Below, piece after piece: positions 52,351 through 64,000 of a stretch of DNA of 64,000 nucleotides. Origin of the DNA: Fimbriosthenelais zetlandica (Eukaryota). The notes beneath the pieces are model-generated. The model ran no database searches. It was not told the DNA's origin and saw only the letters and a list, made by a program, of their open reading frames with translations. A program made the translations under genes and the position numbers. The stretch lies in the NCBI GenBank assembly GCA_977030845.1, contig OZ365112.1:15252001-15316000 (forward strand), read 5' to 3'. Every line of letters begins with the position of its first letter. The first letter of the stretch is position 1.

Positions 52351-54799
52351 TGTGTAGGACATCATTGCAATTGTCACTAACAGATATTACTATTCATGCC
52401 CATTTGGACTGTTGAATAATAAAGCCGTTACTTTTTGGATTCTTCACAATCATCTGATTACCTCTGAATGGATGCTGAAGAGATACTTATTATATTCATG
52501 ATTTAAATGGACCGTTTAGTCATGAATAAATTATTATTAAAATACTTTTACATGATTGTGACTGGTCGTATATTGGCAGTGAAATAGATTCTTGCACACG
52601 GATACATGTGGGGAAGCAATACATTCTCCAAAGTGGCAGATTAATATATGACCGTTGCATGATGCTTTGAATAGGCCATTGTTAAACGTTTCCCATTCCG
52701 GGGACACTTTATAGACCCCATTACATTATGGTCATTCATGCAGAAGGTTGAAGTATATACACCCACACCGTGTTTTACTCAAAAAGCTTCCTACAGTAGA
52801 AGAGCAACACATTTATTTTGGTCAGAACGACAATGGTGGGACCAGTTCAAAGTATATGAATCATAACTGTTCATTTATAAGTGTCGGAATTACCATGATC
52901 GACAATATCTCTTAGATGTATGCAAACTGCATGTATTTTGTGGGGAGGATACTTGTGCGGGTAAAAGCTGTATACAAAGATGTCCTCTGAAAGAGGTTTT
53001 GAATGCTCTCTCGATGATTCCGTGTGAAGATGACCAGGACTTCCGGTCTGCTTAGGTGGATAAGAGGAATGATCATGGGTCGGAGGAAAAACAGGCGACA
53101 CTTACCCGTATACCAATGACTTAATGCAACTGTACATCTCTTAAAGTAGCAGGACCCATGACAAAGATCTATACCTATTATAGATTTGCAATTGGTGGTA
53201 CTTAATCTGTACATGTTTTAAGCTTTAATGTCCCTATTCCATCTTATCCTTTTTTTTTTCAGGGTACATGCACTTTATTCAGGAATCAGCATTCATTATG
53301 TTATCAAATAATCAACATTAATCAACAAACTATGTGTTTGTGTCCGGATGAATAATAACCTCTTCCCATACACCCTTACATACTCCACATATCAGTACAT
53401 GAACAGGAAACACATAAATATTGTTCTCTTACATATTGGAAATGGTTAAAGCTAGCTGACGCATTATATAGTCTGAATATGTGGTTGTACCCCAGGGGTT
53501 TAGGCCTTGGGGCCTGTTGGGGAAACCTGTCGGTCTCTTAGATTAAATTCAAGATTCTGTCACCCTGCCACAGCTGTTTCACGTCCATCAGATACCCCCA
53601 TCGACAGGACCAGGACCTGAATCACAGCGTCCTAGTAACTGTTGTACACTATAGTGTGTAACATTATTCAAGGGCTGCAAGCACTGTAAAAACCCCGTTA
53701 GTACTTAACCATGCAGAAATTCAGTATAATATCGAGTTACATTTTTTCCTTCGTGAATCCATTGATTATCAGGTTTCACTAGATCCCTAAAATCTCCTTG
53801 GAATAAAAATGATTGTATTTTGCATGGCTTCGTAATTTGACTGCCACCTGCAGATAACGTAGGCCTATTATAGCCATACATGGAATTCTGATCCCTTAAG
53901 TCATTTAAATCCAGATAAGCATTACAGTATCTCTCTTCCTGACAACCGTTCCCTTTTAGAGACAATTAACTCGTTTTCATATCAAATCACTGATGCCCTC
54001 AGCTCATTCACCGATATATATGCAGTGAACAATCCTTCTTCCTGCATATTACATTTTTCATCCTGTCATCCTGTAGGTGCAATTGGCTGCAATCCTTTCA
54101 ACAAGATAGGAATCTCTCTGACAGTTCTCAAGATAAACGGTTTTCATTTGACCCATTGATCATCAAATTGATATCTGTCTGAGGTTTGTAGTTTTCCTTT
54201 GGACTACTATCAGTGGATTCAGCCTACAGGAATGCGTGATGATTTGTTTTTCTGTGAGTATATCTGCATGTGGGTTAGGAGGTTCCAATCAGGTGGCCAT
54301 TTTGATAAATGAGTGTGTAATTCCCAACCACCACCCAACGGATCCATCACCTTTTTCCATGAGTGACCAGGGAGAGCTGATTGATTGAATCATGCTGGAT
54401 TCAATCCGGGAATATTATCAGGCTAAGCGGATATTGATCTTGGCCATCTTGATGTTGCGGTATTAAGCCAAAGCAACATGTGGATCCTCTTCCCATACAC
54501 TCACTGCTTAATGTACCATAAACCTTCTTAATACCGACTTTATCCTCATTTTATCGATATCGGTTTTAAATCAAAGAATATTTCTGCAATATTTCTGTTG
54601 GGACTCAATGGCATGAGTGGACCCGAAAAGAAAACAATGGCCATGTGGAATTGGTGATTTCTATTTCTTTAGCTCTGATGACATCGACATTCTAGATATA
54701 AATGACCCCTGCTACACGAGTAGGGTCTGAGGAGGCAGACATGGCGAGTCAAATTACTAATTAAGAAATCTATGTTTGACATCCATATAGCCTTTATGT

Positions 54800-57700
54800 C
54801 ATTCAAGAATCCGAAACTGTCACCTCGGATTTCAATGAAAATGATAATGTTCTTTTAGAGGAAGTAATTGTGTTTAGGCTAGAGGAAGACCGGATTCCAT
54901 GTACATATCTGTAATGTTCTCGAGAGCATTTGGCAGTTGTAGCTCCTTCCTCTTGAATATGCTTTTGAAAGAAAAAATGCATCAGCTTTTTCAAAGCCTG
55001 AACAGTTCCTGTTGGATTCACCAGTGGCAATGTCTGACTAAGAAAGGTGTATTTACCATGACTAAACAATCATCCATCATTCAACGCCCCCTGACGTGAA
55101 AAAATCAATTTCTTCTTCTTTTTTTTAAATTCATTTTTGTTATCTACATCCCATGTTTATCTCCCAATGACTGAACAATCCAGAGCAAGTCCCAATTGGG
55201 CCATGCATCGAAAAGGTGCAGTGCGCAGTTCTAATGGGCGAAAATATTACTTCATGTCGCATTGCATGTTACCAAGGCAACGGGTAAGTCAATGCCTGGA
55301 TTTTGTGGAAAGAAAGTGAGTCCGACAAAGCGTAGTTGTACTGCAGCTTCATGCTGGAAAATATGGGTTACGAAAGCTGAGGAAATGAGAGTTTGGGAAA
55401 AATTGTCAATCTGGAAATATGTCGGTTGTCAGCCAGGAGACTGATCACTTCCTCCCGTGTCTGCCTCAATTGAAAATGATGGCATCCGTCTTAAAACAGT
55501 AAAATTGACGTGTTGACTGACAATTAATGGATTATAATTTAGTTTTGTAGGCATATTACAATAATTACTATAAATATTTTTCAGGACATAGGTACTTCAA
55601 GGCACATTGTCAATTGTAGTATCATTTGATTGTGAAGGTCATATCAAAAGACAAACAATATAAATTCCTGTATTCATGTATCTAATGTTGATCTAGACCC
55701 TATATATATAGCTGCCTGAGTTTACCCAGTTTTTGGATGGGGGCTATATAGGGGGTGTACTGCAAGGATCAGACAACTGTAGTTCAATCGTCTGCACCAT
55801 TATCTAGAATTTCCTGGCTAGTAGTTGGGTGGACGGTGGTTCTAGATTGAGAATGTCGGACGTATATATATATATATATATATGTCTACTTGAGGAAACT
55901 TTATTCTTTGCGGGCACATTTCCCACATAACTCAACTACGCAGTGGTAAAATCCTATTCCTACGTACCCTGAATATTGTTAATCAAACCTATCTGATAGA
56001 AAAGGAGGGTGTCTGTCCACTTCAAATATGATCATTATGAGCCCAATGTAAGTCTTCAGACAGGGCATGCTGGCAATCTCCCAGACAATCATCCATCCAC
56101 CCCTAGTTAAGCGGCAAGTCACTCGTCCTGCCACTAAGAGCAGCTCTTCCTTGAGTGGAGAGCCAATCTACCAGTTGTTCCATTTGCCGCCAGGATGCTG
56201 GCCTTTCATTCAACACGGTTTGTTCCATCATTGTTCAGCTTTGAGCAAGGAGAACTACACTAGACAAATCTATGCCTCTTACTTTTTTGTGCAGATCCAT
56301 TAATGTCGACTAGATGGGAAGCCAATAATATGCCTTCATGAATTACGCCCAATATTATGCTTTCCTGTCAAGGCTTAATCATGAAGAAATTCTGGTGCTC
56401 ATGAATGCTCATTTTTAACTATTGGCGCTCCCGAATTACTTGACCAATTTTCAACTTGTTCGTGGCATCAATTAGAAGCATTTTCCTCACACCTATGAGG
56501 CATAAAACAGATGTTTATAAGCTAAAGTAGAGACGAATCGATTGAAATTCCGCTATGGGAGAATGACAAGTCTACTTTGTCCCAAGGATGAGTAAATATT
56601 GGAGGATGAGCCAGCTGATAAAACCGCCTACTCTAGCCCTGTAATTGCAACTGGGCCTTTGTAAGAAGCAAAAAGGCGAGATCTATTAATTTCAATGGTT
56701 TTCTTGCCATTTTGCACCATCGTCAAATGGCCATGACACACCTTCTTTGGTGTCCTCCTCCCTAATCCCTAGAGCATATACTTTCTTTATAGCTCTTTAG
56801 AAACGAATCTTGAGCTGCATTATCTGTCTAGTATAACCCCGAAATCGAGTTGCTCAATTGACTCACACCCTGCATTAGGCATCTGTCTCCATAGTATGGA
56901 CAATTTAACTGGCCTCTATTTTGCGAAATATATGCAAAATGTAGAATTAAAATAATCATCTAATGCTAACAAGCATCACCAAACCCATACAATACACTAT
57001 GAGCAAATATACGCTTAGCCAACATTGCATGGAATTTTTATAGAGTATAAGTAGTTGGTGTCTGATCACCTGCTGGTAATGATATAGAGTGTATGTGATC
57101 AGCTGCATCTGAGGCTGTTTACTCTACCATAGTAGTCCAACTCCCCTTTTCCCTGCATCAACATCATGCCTCCACTGCTTCTACAGAGGCACAGCATTTT
57201 TCTTTAAATGTGACCATGGTGAAAAATGTTCTTCAGTCGCATGAGAGACAGAGACATAATTTAGCAATGTCCTGCAATCTGCATGGTGTTTGTAGTGTGC
57301 TCAAAGCAGAATTATAGAGTTTATCACGCCTGTACCAAGAGCAACCATAATTCTATGGAGCACTTTACATATATGGAAAAACAATATGATCAAGTATTAA
57401 AGTGGTTGATCCACTATTCGTCAACAATGGACAGCCGCGGACGTTCATGATCTGTTCATTCTGACTTTGGTTTGGTTGGAAACTAATTTACTTCACAAAT
57501 TCACAAATGATGTCACGCCCAATTGGTTCAGGCACTGAAGAGCTATGCTTTCAATTCTGATTCAAATTTCAATGCCTTCAATCACCTGACGTTTTATATG
57601 GGACAAAACATAATAATGAGTCTGGCTAAATACTACCTTCATTGTCACCCTTCTTTATCCGTTTTCCAATTTTCACGGCGTATGATTTTATGTTGGGAAT

Positions 57701-58500
57701 GGGATTTTTAGGTAATTCGGTATTTGCCATTGTCAGGAGAGAGGTGTAGGATATCTTTTGTTGAAAGATTCCTGTCAGAGCCCTTTACTTTGTACACTGT
57801 CCTGGGGTATATTATTTTTTCAAGTTATATACAATACGAACATGTTTACACTCAATGGGGGCCTTTGATCCACACTTAAATCATAGCCAATATTCATGGA
57901 ATTGCTTATCTGATTTAAAGCCTCAACTGAATATCACAATTTATGGTATACAGCCTCATAACCATCCCTTTCTGTATACAATACTATCAAGGGAAGGTCA
58001 ACATAATAATGTTTTAATCTTGTAAGTAAAAGGTTTTGTAAGCAGGTGTGTACAGCCTTTCTTGTGTTGTGCTTAGCATGAGGACACCCTCCTCACAGCC
58101 TTCGTTCTGTGAAGTGAGAGGAGAGCTGATTTCAAGCCGGGTTCAATTTGATTTACACGCAAAAAACCTAATGGTGGTACTGCTGGGGTTTCTTCCATGC
58201 CACTAATAGTAGGCCAGGCTTTTCTTTCTGGCCTGTTTTGTTCCCATGCCAACTGTTGTCCTCTTCCCCCACCATCACAAGGTCATGTGCATGCTCCATC
58301 TGAAAGGGGGTATTGTTCTCTCCCGATCCCAATATTCTCATCTCAGTGTATTCCTACCCCGCTTCTTTCTTGCATCTCGTGCCAATAGTCTTGGATGCAA
58401 ATGGCGACAAGATAGTGTTGGCCATTTGGCATTGGTTCTTGCTAAGATTAGATATTTTGAGTATTTTGAAGAAAATGCTTAAAGATCTTTAGTAGACAAA
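54800..58500 (-). mobile_element. Decayed near-full-length Ngaro/DIRS-type retrotransposon (gag-RT-RNase H-YR)
   Basis: Correct order on one strand: gag-like QDYWHEMQER (about 58400), RT LPAG/LDDYF/LDFGVILD (56800-57100), RNase H IDAT, VDINGS, HPGGKWN..DWLS (56100-56500), YR HIQEEGATTA...HGIRSS (54900-54960). Confidence 0.55.
55863..55882. repeat. (TA)10 microsatellite
   Basis: Direct reading. Confidence 0.95.
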
Positions 58501-60325
58501 TAAACTAATCCTTCCACATCGTTTTCCTACACTGCTGAAGGAAATTAAATGATATGGGATGAAAAGAGTCTCGGCTTACCGAATCGAAGCTGATCAAACA
58601 ATCAGGTTTATTCAAATCTTAGTTTTCTGAAGAGATGTGTATTGACTAACTTCTCTTGTTCACTAATGTTCTGAGAAGCAAAGGAGAGACGTCAATTGTA
58701 CAGGAGCTGACAAGGCTATTGACATGGTATTCCCTTGTCTTCTCTATTGTACTAAAGCCTTTCTAAACAGAGCACTTGATTTACAGAAGAGCATGTCTAC
58801 ATGCATACATACTGTTTAAGCTCCTAGAGAATCTCATTTTTTGTAAGTTGGTCCAAAATTATAATCTATTGCATCATCAAGTACGTCGACCTATTGATTA
58901 TTCCATATTTATAGCACGTAGTAAATTGAATCGTAAAATAATTAAAAATCATCTCTGTTAAATCCATGCAATTGGGTCCTCTTGACTATTGTTGTCTTCT
59001 CCGCAGATAATAGCATCATATATCTGTCCACTGTGTTCCTCCCTACAGCTTATGCCCAGCCTCATAAAACTGCTCTTAAACAGTGGTCTGAGCCAATTTT
59101 ACACCCTGGCGATCCATACGTATTCATTTTCAATATGAATCCCCCATGGAGGAGGACCAGTTAATGAGACAATACTAATTAGCATGCCAACAGATCTCCC
59201 ACAGTGAAAGGGGCTGTTATAAGATAAAACAGGGAGAGCATGCAACCATGATGTGCACTTCATTGGATGTTTTACCATTCCTATTTTTCCCCTCTAGCAT
59301 AAATCAATGGCTAATTTCATACCAATATGCCCACTGACGTATTACCACTATTTATCTGAGGCAGATAGCTCGAATGGTAGGTACAATTTGTTTTGATTCA
59401 ATTTCCTTGGGGTGGAATTGATTTGGGGAAAAAACGACCCCCTGCGGGCAAATCTGGGAATACGGTCAACATCCATGTGTAGTATTTTTGTGAAATTCTC
59501 ATTTAATTGTATTGTCCTTCTGTGAGAGGGCAATGCTTTCATTTTCCGTCAATGAATATCAACTATTTGTATTTCCAATGTCATTTTAAGTCAGTGGTTA
59601 CGTTTATGCAGTGGGTCTATATGGAGGATATCCTTCAGGATTTATAGACACGCAAGATAAGGGCATGACTAATTCTACTATAGAGATATACAATAGAGCC
59701 AATTTCTTTGCTTAAAAGATTCATGTGAATCTAATCAGAGGACTATAGTGTGATTAGGCTCGGGTTCACATATTCTCATAATCATGACCATTGGCTATAA
59801 TTATCAACAGTTATTTGCACAGCCTAGGGTTTCAGAATACTATATATTTTCCGAAATATGGCATCGTCTTCAAACGCAGTTATATGAAAGAAAAGGATTT
59901 GGACTCCTTAATGCAATGTAACATTTCCCTTGAGTCATGTCTTACATATGACAGATCTCTGAGAGTTTTGCCAAGGAGGACTAAATTCCCATTGGTATTG
60001 ATTATGCTCCATTAATCATCATTACCATTGACTTAATTACCCATCACACTCGCCTTCCGGCCTCAAGACACCCAATGCTGTATTCCCACAGCGCATCAAG
60101 GATCTGTGCGCATTCTGCTCTCTTTAAGTGACAACTCACACCGTGAGAGATACTGAATGTTTCCAATTATACACGACAGGTGCCAACCCAATCAGTCTCA
60201 GCCCATGATGAGAGATAACATGATGGGAAAGAAGAGGAGGAGACAACAAACACTCCATGGATTGGAAAAACCGGTTGCAGTGATCCTTCCCGGAAAATTA
60301 TCAACTGGACAAAATTAAGAGCAAC

Positions 60326-61112
60326 AGGCCCAAGCCAGAGTGAGTGACCTAGGGTACGAGTCACCTCCCAGCCCCCCCCCCCCCCCGCACTCGTTAGAGA
60401 TATCCATAAGGTACTCATGTCTTGCAATTCGTGCAAAGTTTCTTACCCATATACTCCAATGTCTTCCAAAAGAGGAAGGGGCTGGGGTTACAGATACCAG
60501 TCACCTGCATGGACTATGGGTGCATTCTGTTGAGCGAGATGACGATTGCTTGCTTTTGCTTTCCGATTCTGGCAACACAATATTTTCTGGCGGCAATTGA
60601 TGTAATTGCAGTTGATGGTCTCGTAGAAAAACTCCACGTGCAAGTATCACTGCAAGAATCACCAGGCAATGATCCCTGGTATGCATCCAATTAATGTACC
60701 AGGTCATTTGAAATATCCACTAGATATTCATGACTTGCAATTCTTGTAAAGTTTCAAACCCATGTTTTCCAATGCCTTCCCACACCGGAGGAGGCTGGGG
60801 TTATAGATGCCCAGTCACCTACATGGACTGGGGTGCATGCGGGTCCACATTCTGTTGAGAGAGATGCCAATTGCTTGCTTTTGCCGTCCAATTCTAGCAA
60901 CATATCATTTTTGGGTAGCAGTTGATGCACTTGCAGATGATGGTCTTGTAGACAAGCTCCATGTGCAAGAATCACTGCAAGAATCACCAGGCAATCATCT
61001 CTGGTAGGTATCCAATTAATGTACCAGGTCATTTGAAATATCCACTAGATATTCATGACTTGCAATTCTTGCAAATTTTTTATATCCATCTTGTCCAATG
61101 CCTTCCCACACA
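60326..61112 (-). repeat. Dispersed element copy C, about 2.3 tandem units of 325 bp, poly-C at 60372-60386
   Basis: TTAATGTACCAGGTCATTTG at 60691 and 61016 (period 325); terminus CAGGCCCAAGCCAGAGTG at about 60326. Confidence 0.92.
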
Positions 61113-62349
61113 GCAACGACGTCTGACTTCATCAAAAATGTTTGTGGCTATACACTTGTATTTAATATAATAGGGGGATTGATTTTTAAAGGAGGGTTAT
61201 GCAACTGTCAAGACAAGGGGACTGTGGTTCTTCGGGAGTGGGCCTCTCAATACCGGATTTGCACATCACCTGACCTGCACCCCATAATGTTATGTGCTTT
61301 GGCAAAACAAAAGTTATGTGACTAGCAATGTTTCTGGGTCAAGGTTGTGCAAATGGGGACATCAGGAAGAGAATGATAATGAGAAAGTTGAGAATGTTCT
61401 TATGTGTCGCCTATATTTGTCTGAGTAGCAATCAACTGATCAAGTTCTTTAAGAATATAGTTTCTATCTGTTAAGTTTAATTCCGCGGGCCTTATGAATA
61501 GTTTATGCCCTTTACATGACTGTCTACATGGCTTTTTGCATGGGATACATGTATTTCTGATAGCATTTTTAATGCTCGATCAGTTTTTAAAAATAAGTTA
61601 TAAAGTCCCCACACCTACCGTACCACTGGTGCCACTACCGACTCCAGTGTACATGCAGGCAACGAGCCATGATTAAGGCCAGGCGAGGTGCTTATGGGCC
61701 CATACATTCTGCCAGGAATACAATATGGCGGAAGCCATTTTTTCCTGGCTGAGGCTTCTCAGGTTCGCGGCTGTCATAATAACAAGCAAGTGGATCTATG
61801 CTCCCCCTGGAGGAGATGGTATAAGACTTAGACCACTCACTGAAATCAGATTAGGTTGGAGGCCAAAGTCATAGGGCAAGTCAGAGGGATCGGATATACC
61901 CAGACTTCAATACATGCCTGTAATGGATATATTGGTTGGAAGCAATTGTTTGAAGACCTCAAGACAATGATGGGATGACACATGGTAAAAGGCATAAAAT
62001 CCGATGAGCTGTTACAATGGCAGTTCCTTTCTGTTACTGCCGGCGCGGGGTTAAAAACAAGATGCAATGAAGATCTGCGGGATATTCCCTTGAGCTATAC
62101 GAATAAGGAAGTGTATTTATTGTGAACTGAAATGTAAGGATTGCCTGAAGGAATTAAGGGTTTCTAAGTCGGCGTGGATGAAAGGAATGTTTGGTATATC
62201 CAAAGGCAATTCGATCAGGCAATGCTACGTTTCTCCGCCATTTTAAAATTCCTGCAGTATGATTTAATATTATAACTGTTACATTAGACTGGACGGATTC
62301 CCACTCTCGGTGCTCCTATTGCTTATCGGATGATAACATGAATTCCCAG

Positions 62350-64000
62350 ATAGATGATGTTTAATTTGAATTCCCATCAACCTCATTTTTCCATTAGGAC
62401 TTTACTGGTAAATTTTGTACATTTACCTTGTACCATGTAATACCCTTTTCCAGATGGAATCGGGTACAGATTATCCCGTTTCTCGGAGGAATTAGAACCC
62501 ATTATAGGAGTAATTACTTTTGGTTTACTATGTCCCCTGAAAGATTTTTCTGAGATAGATTGCAATATGCTTCTGAAAAATGTTGCATACATTATCATTT
62601 CTCAGCTGAAAGTTTATAACGAAAGTGCATGCATGCATCCACGCAGTGCTCTTGTCTTGCCATATGGACTGTTGGTTTACCCATCTTCCTCTATTTGAGG
62701 CCCTAAAAGGTTCTTCCTTCTCTGAGATGCCACCATGCATAAGACTTTTGGGAGCACCGTGGAACGCGGAAATGCCTATACGAATCCCATGCTTGCAATT
62801 TCCCTAATAAAACTTGGCCGGAAGGAAGCAAAACCTGTTCCAAGTAATGATGTTCATTAATTTGTTAATGACATTCTATTAACCCATTTCAATTTAAAAT
62901 GATTTATTATTCCATATGACGTAATAAAGCAAATAACACTGGTTACCACAATTTACTGCCAGGGCTTTGGTTAGGCCGTAAAACAAATAAAGTTATCTTC
63001 CATACATGTATATAGCATGAAATGTGCAATGGATGTCATTGAGCTGCGTTGCATGCGGATTCGGGGAGGCATCATTGAAAAACGTGACAACCATACCCGA
63101 CAGGGATATGTGTCAAAGATAATCCTTTGGGTATTGGACTAACACTGATTAGCGACGCTGGTCTATTGGAGCAATGATATAGGGTCCGCCATGTTGGGCC
63201 TGTGCGATTGATTACCCTTAAATGGCATCAATACCTCCAGATACCTTTCCAGCATGCTAAATCATGACGTGTATCATGTGTACCATTCAGACCTTGTTTG
63301 TCAGATATTGGATTTCTAATATTCCATACAATGGGCAATAAGGTCAATGCATTATTGACAGTTGAATCTCTTTGCTTTTGATTTCTCTATTACAATTTAA
63401 TCAGCTACATGTATATACCGATATCATTTATCCATAGAAATGGAAGTATAATGATGATTGTTCATACTAAATCCATTAAAGTGAATCCATTAATATCCAG
63501 CATGGTATGATAAAAATAATTATTTCCGAATGGGATGATGGACAGTTTTTCTTCGATGTCTTGGGAATGGACTCATTTACTCAATGTTAGGCAGTTTTAT
63601 CCAATCCATTAAGAGAATCCTTACGAACCATAGAAGAGCTAAAACAGTCACATTTTCTTGGGGATTAGGGAGCACTAAAATAAACAGAACTCTTAGGTGC
63701 ATACAAATGCGGTCTGCATTGACAGGCTCAGAATGTATGCAACAGGCTGAGGCAATGCCTCACGATGATAGAGTAGGATCGGGATCAGTAAACATACTTG
63801 GCATAGCGATCAATGGGGCGATTAGAGCTCGGGGGTCAAGCTTGCCCACTGATAATGTCTCAGATGATGGAGAATGCTTATATTCCACATACTTCATGAT
63901 CAGTGACAATTCCCTCAATGGCTTCTGTGATTCTAGACCTATAGGCAATAATGGTGACAGTTCCATTATTATAATGAGTCAAACATGATTTTTATATAAT
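62350..64000 (-). mobile_element. Decayed Ngaro-type RT/RNase H region running off the window end
   Basis: LIPKK, VNESIPK (SVND.IP), VNNALTLLPI (DI.SAFRLLP), IPVGYGCHVF (LP.G..SC..F), LLGKL...EGRTF (G.L.FA...GR.F). Confidence 0.5.

Noticed and set aside
53705-53965. WWE-like or L1 C-terminal-like 86-aa ORF
   Set aside because: Ambiguous; on the opposite strand to the nearby Cys/His segment, and no other supporting motifs
56100-56200. SAP-domain-like MEQLVDWLSTQGRAALSG
   Set aside because: Better explained as the HxPG..N..AD.LS end of the Ngaro RNase H in its proper order
30320-61112. Repeat clusters as a CRISPR-like array
   Set aside because: Units are about 325 bp, diverged, contiguous and without unique spacers, in a eukaryotic context with no cas genes
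63584-63988. 134-aa plus-strand ORF
   Set aside because: Antisense shadow of the Ngaro RT remnant
1-64000. tRNA, rRNA or snRNA genes
   Set aside because: No cloverleaf, A/B-box pair or recognisable conserved RNA sequence seen by eye; tRNAscan-SE and Infernal were not run

Overview
AT-rich invertebrate (spiralian, probably annelid-like; inferred from the channel family) genomic DNA with spliceosomal introns. Two protein-coding genes are well supported. The first is an 11-exon WD40-SAM-U-box gene (WDSUB1 orthologue, + strand, 5436-13933, 577 aa by my splice model) with an unusual MGSCCS acylation-type N-terminal extension. The second is a DEG/ENaC channel of the FaNaC-like spiralian clade with an intronless CDS (- strand, 21721-23571, 616 aa) and a duplicated CxxC-containing tail. 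Most of 15-20 kb and 24.5-64 kb appears to be decayed transposons: several Ngaro/DIRS-type tyrosine-recombinase retroelements, a Kolobok element bounded by TTAA, BEL/Pao, RTE/L2/CR1 LINEs, PIF/Harbinger, Penelope and MITEs. A dispersed element with internal ~325-bp tandem units occurs three times (about 30.3, 45.0 and 60.3 kb). No rRNA, tRNA or CRISPR array was seen. All transposon calls come from by-eye motif recognition across frameshifts and stops, and their boundaries are approximate.
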